A stretch of 20,849 bases of DNA from Deltaproteobacteria bacterium. GTDB lineage: Bacteria > SAR324 > NAC60-12. The position numbers and the translations under genes are program-made. Where the stretch lies: contig JAYOTF010000002.1 in assembly GCA_038150265.1 (NCBI GenBank), positions 177,830 through 198,678 of the forward strand. The letters run 5' to 3'. Shown piece after piece: positions 1 through 7,653 of this stretch. The notes beneath the pieces are model-generated. The model ran no database searches. It worked only from the letters and a program-made list of their open reading frames with translations, and was not told the DNA's origin. The first letter of the stretch is position 1. Each line of letters begins with the position of its first letter.

Positions 1-1329
1 TCTGCTCCGGAGCCGTTGCTGCCCGCTGCGCTTTCCGGAAGCATGGGCCTCGATCTTTCCTACGCGTATGCGCGGGAGGCACCGACGGCTGCGACCGCTC
101 CGGACTGGAGCGGCCTCCGCAAGGCACGGGGCTCCGTGCGGCTCCGCTGGGACGAAAAGTATGGTGGGGTCCGGGTGTTGGTGGAAGGCAAGGCGGCTTA
201 TGACGCGGCTCCGGAACCCCTGGATGCCAGCAACTTGCCCACCTTTCCACTGGACTGGCGAGGCGCTTATGAAGACGCCCGGAAGCAGGAAGTCCGCGAG
301 GCCGAGTTTCGGGAAGCCTATGTGGCGTTTTCTCCTGCGGATTTCCTTGATGTCAAGCTTGGGCGCCAAATCGTGGTGTGGGGCAAGGCGGACGCGCTGA
401 CGGTTGTTGATGTGCTCAATCCTCGTGACAACCGGGAGGTGGGGCTTGTGGACTTGGCCGACATGCGCCTCCCGGTCACAGCGACACGGCTGGATTTTTA
501 CTGGAGTGGGGTGCAGCTTCAGGTTGTGGCCAACCACGAACTGCGCTTCAACAAGGAGGCCGGCTTTGGCAGCGAGTACTTCCTCTATCCTGATCCAGAC
601 AACCTGACTGCAACACAGAATGCCGCGTTGCTGAGTCCTGAGGTTCAGCCGGAAGCAGGAGGCACGAACACCGAGTGGGGGGTGGCTCTGAAGCGCAGCG
701 GCCTGGGCTGGGATCTGGCGCTGTACCATGCCGATGTGTTTGAAGATGCCCCTCATCTTTCCGGAACCCTGGCGCTTGTCAATGGGGGGCTGGTTCCTCA
801 AATCGACGGTCGCCGTTATGCCCGGCTGAAGCTGAACGGACTGGGAGGCACGTATGCGTCCGGAAGCTGGCTCTGGAAGGGAGAGGCGGCTCAGGTGCAG
901 GGCGTGCAGTTTTTTGGCTCCGACCAGAGTTTCTCCCGGACGGATCTGGCCACTGGAGTGGAGTATGCCGGTTTCACCGAGGCCCGCTTGATTGCTGAAG
1001 CTTCCGTGCAGCACCTCAACGAGTTTGACGAGATTCCGTACCGTGACGAAGGCCTGCCGAATGCGAATCTGCTGGAGGACATTTTGCGGGTGGTGCTGAG
1101 CTGGCAGCAGGACTTCTTGCAGCAAACCCTGCACGGCAACGTGACCCTCCTCAGTGTGGGACGCTCCGGAGAGCATGGCGGCTCGCAGCGAGTGAGCCTG
1201 GAGTACGACTGGACCGACCGCGTGAGCGTGACGGGTGGGGTGATGGACTACCGCGATGGGCAGAATGCCTACGCTCAGCAACTCGCAGACAACGACCGCG
1301 TGTACCTGAACCTCAAGTATACCTTCTGA
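1..1329 (+). CDS. Outer-membrane beta-barrel protein, DUF1302-like; 5' end probably outside the window
   Basis: Frame is open from base 1, so the TTG at 16 is probably not the true start. It has an LGRQIVVWGKAD..VDVLNPRD motif, alternating hydrophobic beta-strand patterns and a C-terminal Y-x-F (NLKYTF) beta-signal. The family name is from recall. Confidence 0.7.
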   Translation, partial: SAPEPLLPAALSGSMGLDLSYAYAREAPTAATAPDWSGLRKARGSVRLRWDEKYGGVRVLVEGKAAYDAAPEPLDASNLPTFPLDWRGAYEDARKQEVREAEFREAYVAFSPADFLDVKLGRQIVVWGKADALTVVDVLNPRDNREVGLVDLADMRLPVTATRLDFYWSGVQLQVVANHELRFNKEAGFGSEYFLYPDPDNLTATQNAALLSPEVQPEAGGTNTEWGVALKRSGLGWDLALYHADVFEDAPHLSGTLALVNGGLVPQIDGRRYARLKLNGLGGTYASGSWLWKGEAAQVQGVQFFGSDQSFSRTDLATGVEYAGFTEARLIAEASVQHLNEFDEIPYRDEGLPNANLLEDILRVVLSWQQDFLQQTLHGNVTLLSVGRSGEHGGSQRVSLEYDWTDRVSVTGGVMDYRDGQNAYAQQLADNDRVYLNLKYTF

Positions 1330-1377
1330 CCGGCGTCGCTCTTTTGCGTTCCGGAAGCGGCGGGCGTCTGCTCGGCT

Positions 1378-1602
1378 TCAGCGCCGGGAGGCTTGCACCG
1401 CTTGGGCAATCATCGCCTCAATCCGCGGGCGATACAGGTCCCAGACGTCTTGCCCCAACTCGGTGAGCTGGTGGCCGTACCCCTGACAGGCCAGGCACTT
1501 CCCGGGGATGTGAGGCTTCCAGGCGCCGACTTCTTCGTAACCGGCGGTGAATCCGGTTCCCCCGCATGTCTCACAGTGCTTCATCAAGTCCGCAATCAGC
1601 AT
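1378..1602 (-). CDS. Small Zn-finger protein, anti-TRAP (RtpA/YczA)-like, 74 aa
   Basis: ATG at 1602 gives MLIADLMKHCETCGGTG...GKCLACQGYGHQLTELGQDVWDLYRPRI. Two CxxCxGxG repeats are followed by LTxxG and an amphipathic helix. Weak GAGAG RBS. The longer 181-aa ORF overlaps dcd, so its N-terminal part is unlikely to be real. Confidence 0.75.
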   Translation of the reverse strand: MLIADLMKHCETCGGTGFTAGYEEVGAWKPHIPGKCLACQGYGHQLTELGQDVWDLYRPRIEAMIAQAVQASRR

Positions 1603-1646
1603 ATTTTCTCTCAGGTGGATACAGAACTGGCAGCCCTGCGTGAGGT

Positions 1647-1675
1647 ATGATAAAAAATCTCGTTTCTCTTGTCGG
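1647..1675 (-). promoter_or_regulatory. Candidate sigma70 promoter for the anti-TRAP-like gene
   Basis: Minus strand CCGACA (1675-1670), 17-bp spacer, TATCAT (1652-1647), about 45 nt upstream of the ATG at 1602. Confidence 0.45.
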
Positions 1676-1761
1676 TCGTCCGTTGTGTTTCCGGAAGGTT
1701 GCCGGTCGGAGCGCAGGAAAACAAATTCGTGAATCATGCCAACTTGTAAGGAGCCTCTGAA

Positions 1762-2283
1762 ATGATCATTCCGGACGTAGGACTGAAGCAACTTGTGGAA
1801 AACGGCTATCTTCCGGAAGGACTCCTGATTGGACCTTCCAGTGTGGACCTGACCCTTTCGAATTCCTTCAGCTGGCCGGATCCTCAGTCTGAGGAGATTG
1901 TTTTGGGGGAAACCGTGCCGCACCAGTCGGTGGAATCAGACCGGTTTGTGCTGGAGCCGCACCACTTCGTCCTGGCCAGCACTGCTGAGGTGATTCAGGT
2001 TCCAGAGCACATGGCCGCCTACGTGGAAGGACGTTCCAGCATTGGGCGCCTGGGGCTGCAGGTGCAGAACGCAGGGTTCATTGATGCCGGCTTCAAGGGG
2101 CAGATCACGCTGGAGCTGGCGAACCAATCGCCGTTTCCGATTGTCCTGAAGCCCGGAACCCGGATCTGCCAGATCGTGTTTGTGCAGATGGCTGAAGCCG
2201 CCGAGAAGCCGTACTCCGGAAAGTACGGGGGACAGATGGGCGCCACTCCGAGCCGTCTGGAGAAGGATCCGGAGTTCCGCTAA
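1762..2283 (+). CDS. dcd: dCTP deaminase, probably the dUMP-forming bifunctional type
   Basis: Motifs PSSVDLTL, EGRSSIGRLGL, AGFIDAGFKGQITLEL, RICQ and PYSGKYGGQ. RBS AAGGAG at 1748-1753. Confidence 0.95.
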   Translation: MIIPDVGLKQLVENGYLPEGLLIGPSSVDLTLSNSFSWPDPQSEEIVLGETVPHQSVESDRFVLEPHHFVLASTAEVIQVPEHMAAYVEGRSSIGRLGLQVQNAGFIDAGFKGQITLELANQSPFPIVLKPGTRICQIVFVQMAEAAEKPYSGKYGGQMGATPSRLEKDPEFR

Positions 2284-2393
2284 GCGGCTGGAGCCCAACT
2301 GATTGGCAAAAACGATCAGTTCCATCTCTGAAACCGATTGGACAAATCGGCATGAATTTCTCATGATCACTTCTTCAAGCGAAAGCCCCCTAC

Positions 2394-2421
2394 TTGATCA
2401 TTGGATCGGGGGTGCTACGCT
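2394..2421 (+). promoter_or_regulatory. Candidate sigma70 promoter for leuA
   Basis: TTGATC (2394-2399), 16-bp spacer, extended -10 TGc-TACGCT (2413-2421). Confidence 0.4.
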
Positions 2422-2512
2422 TTACAGTTCCTTCCTCTCCCGCTTCAGGAAGGCTCAATTGGCCTGACCGATTCCCGGTTTGGCGTTTCATCTCCATGGC
2501 TAGAGGTTCCTT

Positions 2513-4066
2513 ATGGAAACGATCCGCATTTTCGACACCACGCTCCGTGATGGGGAGCAGGCTCCAGGATTTTCCATGTCGGCCAGCGAAAAGCTAGGCC
2601 TCGCCAAGCAGCTGGAGCGCCTAGGGGTGGACGTCATTGAAGCCGGATTTGCGGCCTCCTCGCCCGGAGACTTTGAGAGTGTCCGTTCCATTGCCCAAGA
2701 GCTGGAGCGTGCCACGGTGGTGTCGCTGTGCCGGGCGTCAAAAGACGACATTGACAAAGCCGTGGAGGCGCTTCGGGGCGCGAAGCACTGGGGCATCCAC
2801 ACCTTCATTTCAACCAGCCCGCTGCACATGAAGTACAAGCTGCAGATGGAGCCGGAAGAGGTCCTGCAGGCGGCGGTGGAAGCCGTGGCTTATGCCAAGC
2901 AGTTCACCGATAACGTGGAGTTCAGTACCGAAGACGCCACTCGCAGTGACCCGGAATTCCTGATCCGGATTCTGTCGGAGGCGGTTCGGGCAGGAGCCGT
3001 GACGCTGAACGTTCCGGACACCGTGGGGTACACGACTCCGGAAGAATACCACCAGCTGATCACACGCCTGAGAAACGAGGTGTACAACGCGGACCAGGTG
3101 GTCTTTTCGGTACACTGCCACGACGACCTTGGTCTGGCGGTCGCCAACTCGCTGGCAGCCGTGAACGCGGGAGCCCGTCAGGTGGAGTGCACCATCAACG
3201 GCATTGGGGAGCGAGCTGGAAACGCTTCGATGGAAGAGCTCGTCATGGCGCTGAAGACGCGGCAGCAGTTTTACAACATCGACACCAACATTGTGACGGA
3301 GCAGCTGTATCCCACCAGCAAACTGCTGCAGCAGATCACAGGCGTGGGGGTGCAGCCGAACAAGGCCATCGTGGGGGCCAACGCTTTTGCACATGAGGCT
3401 GGCATTCACCAGCATGGGGTGTTGAAGAATGCCCTGACCTACGAAATCATGACCCCGCAGTCGGTGGGCATCAAGTCCAGCAACCTGGTTCTTGGCAAAC
3501 ACTCCGGACGGCATGCACTGGGGGACCGCATCAAGGAACTCGGCTTTGAGCTCAATGATGTGGAACTCAACCAGGTCTTCAAGGAGTTCAAGCGCCTGGC
3601 CGATGTGAAGAAGCAGGTCTTTGACGAAGACCTCGAAGCACTGGTCACCCATGGACTCCGCAAGCACTCGGAGCGTTACGTGTTCGAGAGCCTGACGGTC
3701 ACCTCCGGAACCGACACCATCCCCACCGCGACCGTCGTGATGCGTGTGGATGGAGAGTCGCACAAGCAGGCCAGCTTCGGAGACGGTCCGGTCGATTCGG
3801 CGATGAACACCATCAAGGACATCACGGGCATCCAGTGCACCCTGACGTCTTACGTGGTGAAGGCGATCACGGGCGGAACCGATGCACAGGGTGAAGTCAG
3901 TGTGGGCGTGGAGTACAAGGGCCTCCATGTGGTCGGACGCGGGGCCCACACAGACATTGTCATCGCCAGCGCGATGGCGTTTGTCAATGCCCTGAATCGC
4001 CTGGATGTTCGTTCGGGGGCGATCAGCCACATGATGCCGGTCCGGGCAGCAGTCGGAGGCGTGTAA
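2513..4066 (+). CDS. leuA: 2-isopropylmalate synthase
   Basis: [13 protein letters not shown] (DRE-TIM), [36 protein letters not shown] and LGKHSGR motifs, plus a C-terminal leucine-binding regulatory domain ([15 protein letters not shown]). RBS AGAGG at 2502-2506. Confidence 0.97.
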   Translation: METIRIFDTTLRDGEQAPGFSMSASEKLGLAKQLERLGVDVIEAGFAASSPGDFESVRSIAQELERATVVSLCRASKDDIDKAVEALRGAKHWGIHTFISTSPLHMKYKLQMEPEEVLQAAVEAVAYAKQFTDNVEFSTEDATRSDPEFLIRILSEAVRAGAVTLNVPDTVGYTTPEEYHQLITRLRNEVYNADQVVFSVHCHDDLGLAVANSLAAVNAGARQVECTINGIGERAGNASMEELVMALKTRQQFYNIDTNIVTEQLYPTSKLLQQITGVGVQPNKAIVGANAFAHEAGIHQHGVLKNALTYEIMTPQSVGIKSSNLVLGKHSGRHALGDRIKELGFELNDVELNQVFKEFKRLADVKKQVFDEDLEALVTHGLRKHSERYVFESLTVTSGTDTIPTATVVMRVDGESHKQASFGDGPVDSAMNTIKDITGIQCTLTSYVVKAITGGTDAQGEVSVGVEYKGLHVVGRGAHTDIVIASAMAFVNALNRLDVRSGAISHMMPVRAAVGGV

Positions 4067-4108
4067 GCCCCACCGCCTTCCGTCCCTTCCCTCCCGGATC
4101 CCTTCCTC

Positions 4109-4135
4109 AGGCGGGCCGACACGGTCCGCCTTTTT
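4109..4135 (+). terminator. Rho-independent terminator after leuA
   Basis: AGGCGGGCCG-ACA-CGGTCCGCCT forms a 10-bp stem with one G-U pair and is followed by a T run. Confidence 0.8.
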
Positions 4136-4137
4136 CA

Positions 4138-4165
4138 TTGCGCTCCTCCAAATAGTTTGTAGAAT
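4138..4165 (+). promoter_or_regulatory. Candidate sigma70 promoter for leuS
   Basis: TTGCGC (4138-4143), 16-bp spacer, TAGAAT (4160-4165), directly after the terminator and 50 nt before the leuS ATG. Confidence 0.55.
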
Positions 4166-4215
4166 GAAGGGTTTGGTTTTTCTCCTACAGAACCGTCCAC
4201 TCGTTTCACAAGCCC

Positions 4216-6687
4216 ATGCAGGATTACCAACCCGGAGAAATTGAAGCCAAGTGGCAACGCCACTGGGAGCAGACCGGTCAATTCACTCCTGATCTCAATC
4301 CCGACCGCAAGAAGTTTTACATGCTGACGATGCTGCCGTATCCCTCAGGGGACCTGCACATCGGGCACTGGTACGCGATGGCGCCTTCCGACGCTTACGC
4401 TCGCTTCAAGGCGATGCAGGGGCATGAGGTGTTCTTTCCGATTGGCTTTGACGCCTTTGGGCTTCCAGCGGAGAATGCGGCGATCAAGCACAACATCCAC
4501 CCCAAGGAGTGGACGTACCAGAACATTGAGCGCATGCGGGGGCAGCTTCGTTCCATGGGGAACCGCTTTGCGTGGGACCACGAGGTCATCAGCTGCGATC
4601 CGGACTACTACAAGTGGAGCCAGTGGTTCTTCCTCCGGATGCTGGAGAAAGGCCTGGCCTACCGAGAGCATGCGCCGGTGGACTTCTGCAACCACTGTCA
4701 GACCACGCTGGCCCGCGAGCAGGTATGGGGGGACGAGCGCCTCTGTGAACGCTGCAACAATCCGGTGGTCAAGAAGGCGCTGAACCAGTGGAAGCTGCGC
4801 ATCACCGACTACGCGGAAGAGCTGCTGGACTTTTCGCAGATCGAGTGGCCGGAAAAAGTGCGGCTCATGCAAACCAACTGGATTGGACGTAGCGAGGGGG
4901 CGGAGTTTGCCATTGCCGTGCAGGGGCATGAGCAAAGCTTCCGGGTCTTCACCACCCGTCCGGATACCGTGTTTGGGATGAGCTTTTGTGTGCTGGCCCC
5001 GGAGCATGAGCTGGTGGAAGCGATCACCACGCCCGAGCAGCGAGAGGCTGTGGACGCTTATCGGGAGTTGGCTGCACGCAAGGAAGAAATTGAGCGGACT
5101 GCCGAAGGCAAGGAAAAGGACGGGGTGTTTACCGGCGCCTATGCCCTCAATCCAATGAACGGACAGGCGGTGCCAATCTGGATTGCCGACTACGTCCTCG
5201 CCTCTTACGGGACCGGTGCCATCATGGCGGTTCCCGCTCATGACGAGCGCGACTTCGCCTTTGCCCGCAAGTATGGTTTGCCGACCCCGGTCGCCGTGGT
5301 GGAAGTTGGCACCCACGATGTTCCGGAAGGCTCCGAGTTGGAGGAGCCCCTCCTGGTCAAGGAAAACTCGGTGATGGTCAATAGCGATGCCTTCACCGGA
5401 AAGGCCTGGCCGAGCAGTTTTGATGCTGTGGTTGAACACATGGAGGCTGCCGGGTTTGGGGCGCGACAGGTGAACTATCGGCTCCGGGACTGGCTGATCA
5501 GTCGGCAACGGATGTGGGGGACGCCGATTCCCGTGGTGTACTGTGGCACCTGTGGCCTCCAACCGGTTCCGGATGCCGAGCTTCCGGTGACGCTTCCGGA
5601 TGATGCCGAGTTCAAGCCGACGGGTGAGAGCCCCCTCAAGCACCACCAGGGCTTCCTGAAGGCTGAGTGCCCCAAGTGTCATGGACCTGCAGAGCGGGAA
5701 ACTGACACGATGGACACCTTCATTTGCTCCTCCTGGTATTACTACGCCTACCTCTTCCCCTACTGGCAAAAGGGTGAAACGCTGAGCGCCGACAGCCAGC
5801 CATGGGACCGCGAGGTCATGAAGCGCTGGGCACCTGTGGATCAGTACACCGGAGGCATTGAGCATGCGACGATGCACCTGCTCTACTTCCGCTTTTACAC
5901 GAAGGTGCTGGCGGATCTGGGGCTGCTGAGCTTCCGGGAACCGGCGCTGCGGCTTTACAACCAGGGGATGATCCTGGGGGAGGACCATGAGAAGATGTCC
6001 AAGAGCCGTGGCAACGTGGTCAATCCGGATGAGCTGGTGCAGCGTTACGGAGCGGACACCGTCCGGACCTACCTGATGTTCCTGGGGCCCTGGGATGCCG
6101 GTGCTCCGTGGAACCCGCAGGGCATTGAAGGTGCGGCCCGCTTCCTCAAGGCCGTGTGGTCCCTGGTGCAGCAGCCACTTCCGGAAGCCGCCGGAGAGGC
6201 CGCAGTCGAGAAGAAGGTGCAGCGTGCCCTGCATCAGATGATCCAGAAGGTGTCGGAAGACATGGCGCACTTCCGCTTCAACACCGCGATTGCTGCGATG
6301 ATGAGCTTCCGGAATGTGCTGAAGGCTGAAGGCATTGGGCGGAGCCTGATGCTGGAGTCTCTGCAGGCGCTGCTGCGGTTGCTGGCTCCGATTGCACCGC
6401 ACCTGACGGAAGAACTGTGGCAGGTACTGGCTCCGGAAACCGGAAGCGTCCATGCTCAGCCGTGGCCGACTTTCGACCCTTCCCTGACCAAGGAGGATGA
6501 GGTCACCATCGCGGTGCAGGTCAACGGCAAGGTCCGGGAACGGCTGGAAGTGCCCGCGGATCTTTCTAAAGATGAGTTGGAACAACAGGCGCTTCAGGCC
6601 CCCAGGCTCCAACCTCACCTGGAGGGGAAGACGGTTCGCCGTGTGATTGTGGTCCCGGGGCGGCTGGTTAATATCGTGGTGAACTAA
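4216..6687 (+). CDS. leuS: Leucine--tRNA ligase
   Basis: MLPYPSGDLHIGH, GFDAFGLPAENAA, CP1 editing motifs FTTRPDT and GTGAIMAVPAHDERD, DWLISRQR, KMSKS and the C-terminal VQVNGKVR...LVNIV. Confidence 0.98.
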   Translation: MQDYQPGEIEAKWQRHWEQTGQFTPDLNPDRKKFYMLTMLPYPSGDLHIGHWYAMAPSDAYARFKAMQGHEVFFPIGFDAFGLPAENAAIKHNIHPKEWTYQNIERMRGQLRSMGNRFAWDHEVISCDPDYYKWSQWFFLRMLEKGLAYREHAPVDFCNHCQTTLAREQVWGDERLCERCNNPVVKKALNQWKLRITDYAEELLDFSQIEWPEKVRLMQTNWIGRSEGAEFAIAVQGHEQSFRVFTTRPDTVFGMSFCVLAPEHELVEAITTPEQREAVDAYRELAARKEEIERTAEGKEKDGVFTGAYALNPMNGQAVPIWIADYVLASYGTGAIMAVPAHDERDFAFARKYGLPTPVAVVEVGTHDVPEGSELEEPLLVKENSVMVNSDAFTGKAWPSSFDAVVEHMEAAGFGARQVNYRLRDWLISRQRMWGTPIPVVYCGTCGLQPVPDAELPVTLPDDAEFKPTGESPLKHHQGFLKAECPKCHGPAERETDTMDTFICSSWYYYAYLFPYWQKGETLSADSQPWDREVMKRWAPVDQYTGGIEHATMHLLYFRFYTKVLADLGLLSFREPALRLYNQGMILGEDHEKMSKSRGNVVNPDELVQRYGADTVRTYLMFLGPWDAGAPWNPQGIEGAARFLKAVWSLVQQPLPEAAGEAAVEKKVQRALHQMIQKVSEDMAHFRFNTAIAAMMSFRNVLKAEGIGRSLMLESLQALLRLLAPIAPHLTEELWQVLAPETGSVHAQPWPTFDPSLTKEDEVTIAVQVNGKVRERLEVPADLSKDELEQQALQAPRLQPHLEGKTVRRVIVVPGRLVNIVVN

Positions 6688-6706
6688 AAACATTTGTGTT
6701 TTTCGG

Positions 6707-6735
6707 TTGACCCGTCCCAGTCGAAGTGCTAGGAT
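6707..6735 (+). promoter_or_regulatory. sigma70 promoter of the ribosomal superoperon (PrpsL)
   Basis: TTGACC (6707-6712), 17-bp spacer, extended -10 TGc-TAGGAT (6727-6735), with an AT-rich tract immediately upstream. Confidence 0.7.
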
Positions 6736-6785
6736 TGCTGTTTGCTTATTTGTAGGTTGCTACCACTGAAAGATTTTTTCGCAAC

Positions 6786-7154
6786 ATGCCAACGCTGAGT
6801 CAACTGGTCCGGAACGGACGAAAGAGCAAAGTCTCGAAGAAAGATACCCCGGCCCTGCAGGAATGCCCGCAGCGTCGTGGAGTGTGCGTGAGGGTCTACA
6901 CCTCGACGCCGAAGAAGCCGAACTCGGCCTTGCGGAAGGTGGCGAAAGTCCGCCTGACGAACGGAGCCGAAGTGATTAGTTATATCCCTGGGATCGGCCA
7001 CAACCTTCAGGAGCACTCGGTGGTTCTGATCCGGGGTGGTCGTGTCAAGGACCTTCCGGGATGCCGGTATCACATCATCCGCGGAGCCTTGGACTCGCAG
7101 GGGGTTAAAAATCGCAAGCAAGCCCGTTCCAAGTACGGTGCTAAAAAAGGATAA
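6786..7154 (+). CDS. rpsL: 30S ribosomal protein uS12
   Basis: [45 protein letters not shown]. Confidence 0.99.
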   Translation: MPTLSQLVRNGRKSKVSKKDTPALQECPQRRGVCVRVYTSTPKKPNSALRKVAKVRLTNGAEVISYIPGIGHNLQEHSVVLIRGGRVKDLPGCRYHIIRGALDSQGVKNRKQARSKYGAKKG

Positions 7155-7162
7155 GAAAACGC

Positions 7163-7636
7163 ATGCCGCGACGTAGAGCTGCAGAGCCCCGAGAAGTTCT
7201 GCCCGATCCTAAGTATCATGACATCCTGGCCAGCAAGTTCATCAATACCCTGATGAACCATGGCAAGAAGAGCATTGCTGAAAAAATCTTTTATGGCGCG
7301 CTGGATCTGATTTCGGAGCGTGAAAAAGAGACGAATCCGTTGGACGTGTTCAAGGGTGCAGTCGAGAACGTCCGTCCTTCCCTTGAGGTGAAGGGCCGCC
7401 GTGTCGGGGGTTCGACCTATCAGGTTCCGATGGAAGTTCGCCCCTCTCGCAGCCAGTCTCTGGCCATCCGCTGGATCATCCAGTACGCCAATTCGCGCAA
7501 TGGCAAGTCCATGCGGTCGAAGCTCGCTGATGAGCTCCTGGATGCCTACAACAAGCGTGGAGCCTCTGTCAAGAAGCGTGAAGACACGCACAAGATGGCT
7601 GAGGCGAACCGGGCCTTTGCTCACTACCGCTGGTAG
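7163..7636 (+). CDS. rpsG: 30S ribosomal protein uS7
   Basis: [37 protein letters not shown]. Confidence 0.99.
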   Translation: MPRRRAAEPREVLPDPKYHDILASKFINTLMNHGKKSIAEKIFYGALDLISEREKETNPLDVFKGAVENVRPSLEVKGRRVGGSTYQVPMEVRPSRSQSLAIRWIIQYANSRNGKSMRSKLADELLDAYNKRGASVKKREDTHKMAEANRAFAHYRW

Positions 7637-7653
7637 GTTGCGGACTTAGCGCG

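Noticed and set aside
1334..1362. Bidirectional terminator between the convergent genes (CGTCGCT/AGCGGCG)
   Set aside because: A 7-bp stem with a 15-nt loop and no flanking U tracts is too weak to call.
1603..1761. TRAP-binding (G/U)AG repeat array or Trp leader peptide near the anti-TRAP-like gene
   Set aside because: No regularly spaced NAG repeats and no Trp-codon mini-ORF were seen.
1603..1923. N-terminal 107 aa of the 181-aa minus-strand ORF (includes a CQFC)
   Set aside because: It overlaps dcd and the divergent promoter region. The anti-TRAP similarity begins exactly at the ATG at 1602.
2363..2467. 34-aa ORF MITSSSESPLLDHWIGGATLYSSFLSRFRKAQLA as a leuA leader peptide
   Set aside because: No SD, only five mostly scattered Leu codons, it starts upstream of the best promoter candidate, and no terminator follows before leuA.
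4067..4215. T-box riboswitch upstream of leuS
   Set aside because: No T-box consensus (GGTGGnACC) or stem I motifs, and the region upstream of the terminator is too short.
4345..6693. 782-aa antisense ORF over leuS, and similar ones at 2810-4138, 13617-14849, 12250-12984 and 10469-11110
   Set aside because: Shadow ORFs caused by GC-rich codon bias on the strand opposite conserved genes. They show no recognisable motifs.
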